50,760 nucleotides of DNA from Moniliella sp. 'wahieum' (lineage: Eukaryota): positions 248,001 through 298,760 of the forward strand of contig RSEE01000088.1 of the NCBI GenBank assembly GCA_003971905.1, written 5' to 3'. How positions within the stretch are numbered: the stretch's first letter is position 1; the number at the start of each line of letters is the position of its first letter. This document shows, piece after piece, positions 48,925-50,760 of the stretch. Under the pieces are notes generated by a model that saw nothing but the letters and a program-made list of their open reading frames with translations, had not been told where the DNA came from and made no database searches. The translations under genes were made by a program, and so were the position numbers.

Positions 48925-49257
48925 ATGGGCATCCAGCATGCAGACTACCTCAGCGGCGAGCGCGTGTTTGGCTGCTCTCAGTGCCGCGCCCACATCACCA
49001 CCTCGGAGCACATCGTCTCCCGCCAGTTCACCGGCCGCTACGGCAGCGCCATCCTGGTCAGCAAGGTGGCCAACGTCGTCTGCGGCGCCCCGCTGGAACG
49101 CGAGCTGCGCACCGGCACCCACACCGTCCGCGACTTGTCGTGCCGCCTGTGCGGACAGTACGTCGGGTGGGACTATGTCCATGCATTTGTCCAGTCCGAA
49201 CAGTACAAGGTGGGCAAGGCGGTAGTTGAGCGGGCGAGGGTTAAGATGGTCGTCTAG
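48925..49257 (+). CDS. Yippee-family zinc-binding protein (Moh1/YPEL-like)
   Basis: MG....YL...RVFGC..C..H.......SRQFTGRYG.A.L...V.NV...RELRTG.HTVRD..C..C...VGW.Y..A...SEQYK.GK. Confidence 0.92.
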   Translation: MGIQHADYLSGERVFGCSQCRAHITTSEHIVSRQFTGRYGSAILVSKVANVVCGAPLERELRTGTHTVRDLSCRLCGQYVGWDYVHAFVQSEQYKVGKAVVERARVKMVV

Positions 49258-50497
49258 CACCTTTTCTTCTTTGGGCATCGCCATACCAGCCCTGCGTTTG
49301 CCCTTGTTCCCATCCTCCCACCTCCATCCCCGGCCCCGCTGAGTATCCCTTTCTCCTCGTCGTTTTGTCCTGCCGAGCATTTCCGTTTCCATTCGCCTTG
49401 GCAGGAGGCTAATGTGACCCCTTTGGGAACACAGCCGAGACTAAGCTGACGAATTCGCCCCATGTTACGCGTACCATTCATTCTCTGCCCGCTGTTTCAA
49501 GCTTCGAGGGGCGGCTGCAATCTCCTTGCATATTTCTTCCGCATCCTTGACTATCGACCGCCTCTGGTCATGTGCTGGAGTGGGTGCTGGGTACGTGCCG
49601 TCCCACCACCCGACGGCATGATTGTGGTTCGTTTCCATCCGCTCTAACCTTCCAGTAGACGCCCTGCCCTTGCACACTGTTGGGAAGTGAGGGTGGGGTC
49701 GAAAGGATTAAATGATACCGAGCAATGATGTGTGGCTCGTGCGTTTTGGCCAAGCTCCTTTCGGCCTCTCTTCAAGATTCAAGCCTAGGAGCTCCGATTT
49801 TCCCGCTGTTGGTTTCTTTATTCTGCAGTCTGGTCCGGTAGCTCCTCGCCTCCTAATGTTCCGAAGATGTTGTTGGTTGGGCTGGACGACCACCGCAACC
49901 ACTAGTGCGAGTGTATGCCCCTGGAGGGCCGTCTCGGTTTCAGGTCTCATCAATTGATCAATGTCATTGGTATCGTAGTTCAAGTGGATGTCCAGTAGCT
50001 CTGCCTCGCGCGCAATGCTCTTGTCCTGTTCCTGCGACTTGCTCAAGCGACGCAAGCTACCTCCATCGCCGAGACTAACCCTTCGCAACACATGGCCAGC
50101 ACAACGACCAAGTAAAACCACTCGCATGGTGTCTTGTGCCACCACCAGCTGCCTCCCTCCCGTTCAACATCCCATCCCGCCCTCATGCCGCTGCGGCACT
50201 GGATAGCCATCCTACATTCCACGATTAATTTTCGCCCTGACTCTTACGCGTGGACCAGGAGTAAAGCCGTCTTGTAGGGTGTCGTTGTCATGCATTACGC
50301 GTCGACTGATCGACTTGGGAGGATGAACGTACGAACAAAGGAAAACACAGGCAAGGGTTACAAGGGCATGCCCACCCCACCCATTCAGGGTTGAGACAAC
50401 TTTTGACTGGAAGACCACGGGAGTGAGTTAGTTTGAGTAGCCCAAGGCTGTAGCTATCCACCCCTACCACTCTCACTGTGATGCGACGCCTGGTCTT

Positions 50498-50590
50498 GGT
50501 GTGTCGGGTGGTGTGTGGGGGGTGTCAGGGTGGGGGGTGTGTCAGGCATGGTGGTGGGTGAGGGGGGTGAGGGTTAGGGTGGGGTGGGTG
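50498..50590 (+). repeat. Subtelomeric G/T-rich tract with a degenerate telomere unit (GAGGGTTAGGGTGGGGTGGG); G-quadruplex-prone
   Basis: Multiple G3-G6 runs and one GGGTTAGGG, about 140 bp inside the terminal repeats. Confidence 0.75.
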
Positions 50591-50729
50591 TAACTTTTGA
50601 ACGGGGCGTCGGATGGGAAAACGGAGGCCTATGCTGCATAGAGCGGACGATTTCGTAGCGAGCTATCGCCTCGGCATAACTCTCTCTCCCTTCGGGTAGC
50701 TCGCTATCTACCCTCGGCCCTCCCCTAGG

Positions 50730-50760
50730 TTAGGGTTAGGGTTAGGGTTAGGGTTAGGGT
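50730..50760 (+). repeat. Telomeric repeat (TTAGGG)5, truncated by the window end
   Basis: Five perfect TTAGGG units to the last base, with the G-rich strand running 5'->3' toward the end as expected for a right telomere. Confidence 0.93.

Noticed and set aside
49708..50145. 145-aa subtelomeric minus-strand ORF as a telomere-linked helicase or retroelement
   Set aside because: No helicase, RT or endonuclease motifs, and a non-ATG start.
50640..50725. Possible hammerhead ribozyme (minus-strand stem followed by CGAAA) or Helitron 3' end (hairpin plus CTAG)
   Set aside because: There is no CUGANGA core before the stem, the CTAG is followed by G rather than T, and no RT or Rep-helicase ORF lies nearby.

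Overview
GC-rich eukaryotic DNA from a fungus, most likely an intron-poor basidiomycete (inferred from protein sequences and short GT-AG introns with CTGAC/CTAAC branch sites). The window ends in (TTAGGG)n, so it appears to be a chromosome's right end. It is dense in housekeeping genes almost to the telomere: RPL4, a VOC-domain protein, SDS3-like, NDUFA5, GAPDH, succinyl-CoA ligase beta, a secreted expansin-like protein, an Est1/SMG6-like PIN protein, LysRS, RPS29, a GH3 beta-glucosidase, a small Zn-finger orphan, GET2, RTR1/RPAP2, UGO1, an SDR, TSR4, an NME6-like kinase, a head-to-head RPL15/RPL5 pair and a Yippee/MOH1 gene. Many genes carry 1-nt frameshifts, mostly at homopolymers; I read these as unpolished long-read errors, so CDS spans are hand-reconstructed. 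Best leads, all unverified: (1) a candidate telomerase RNA (11-nt template AACCCTAACCC one base after an 11-bp hairpin) in the gap beside the Est1-like gene; (2) a cytosolic-type LysRS with a hidden upstream mitochondrial presequence; (3) a very short subtelomere with a branched hairpin next to the repeats; (4) a recurring CCGGTAA/GAAGCTT intergenic element.
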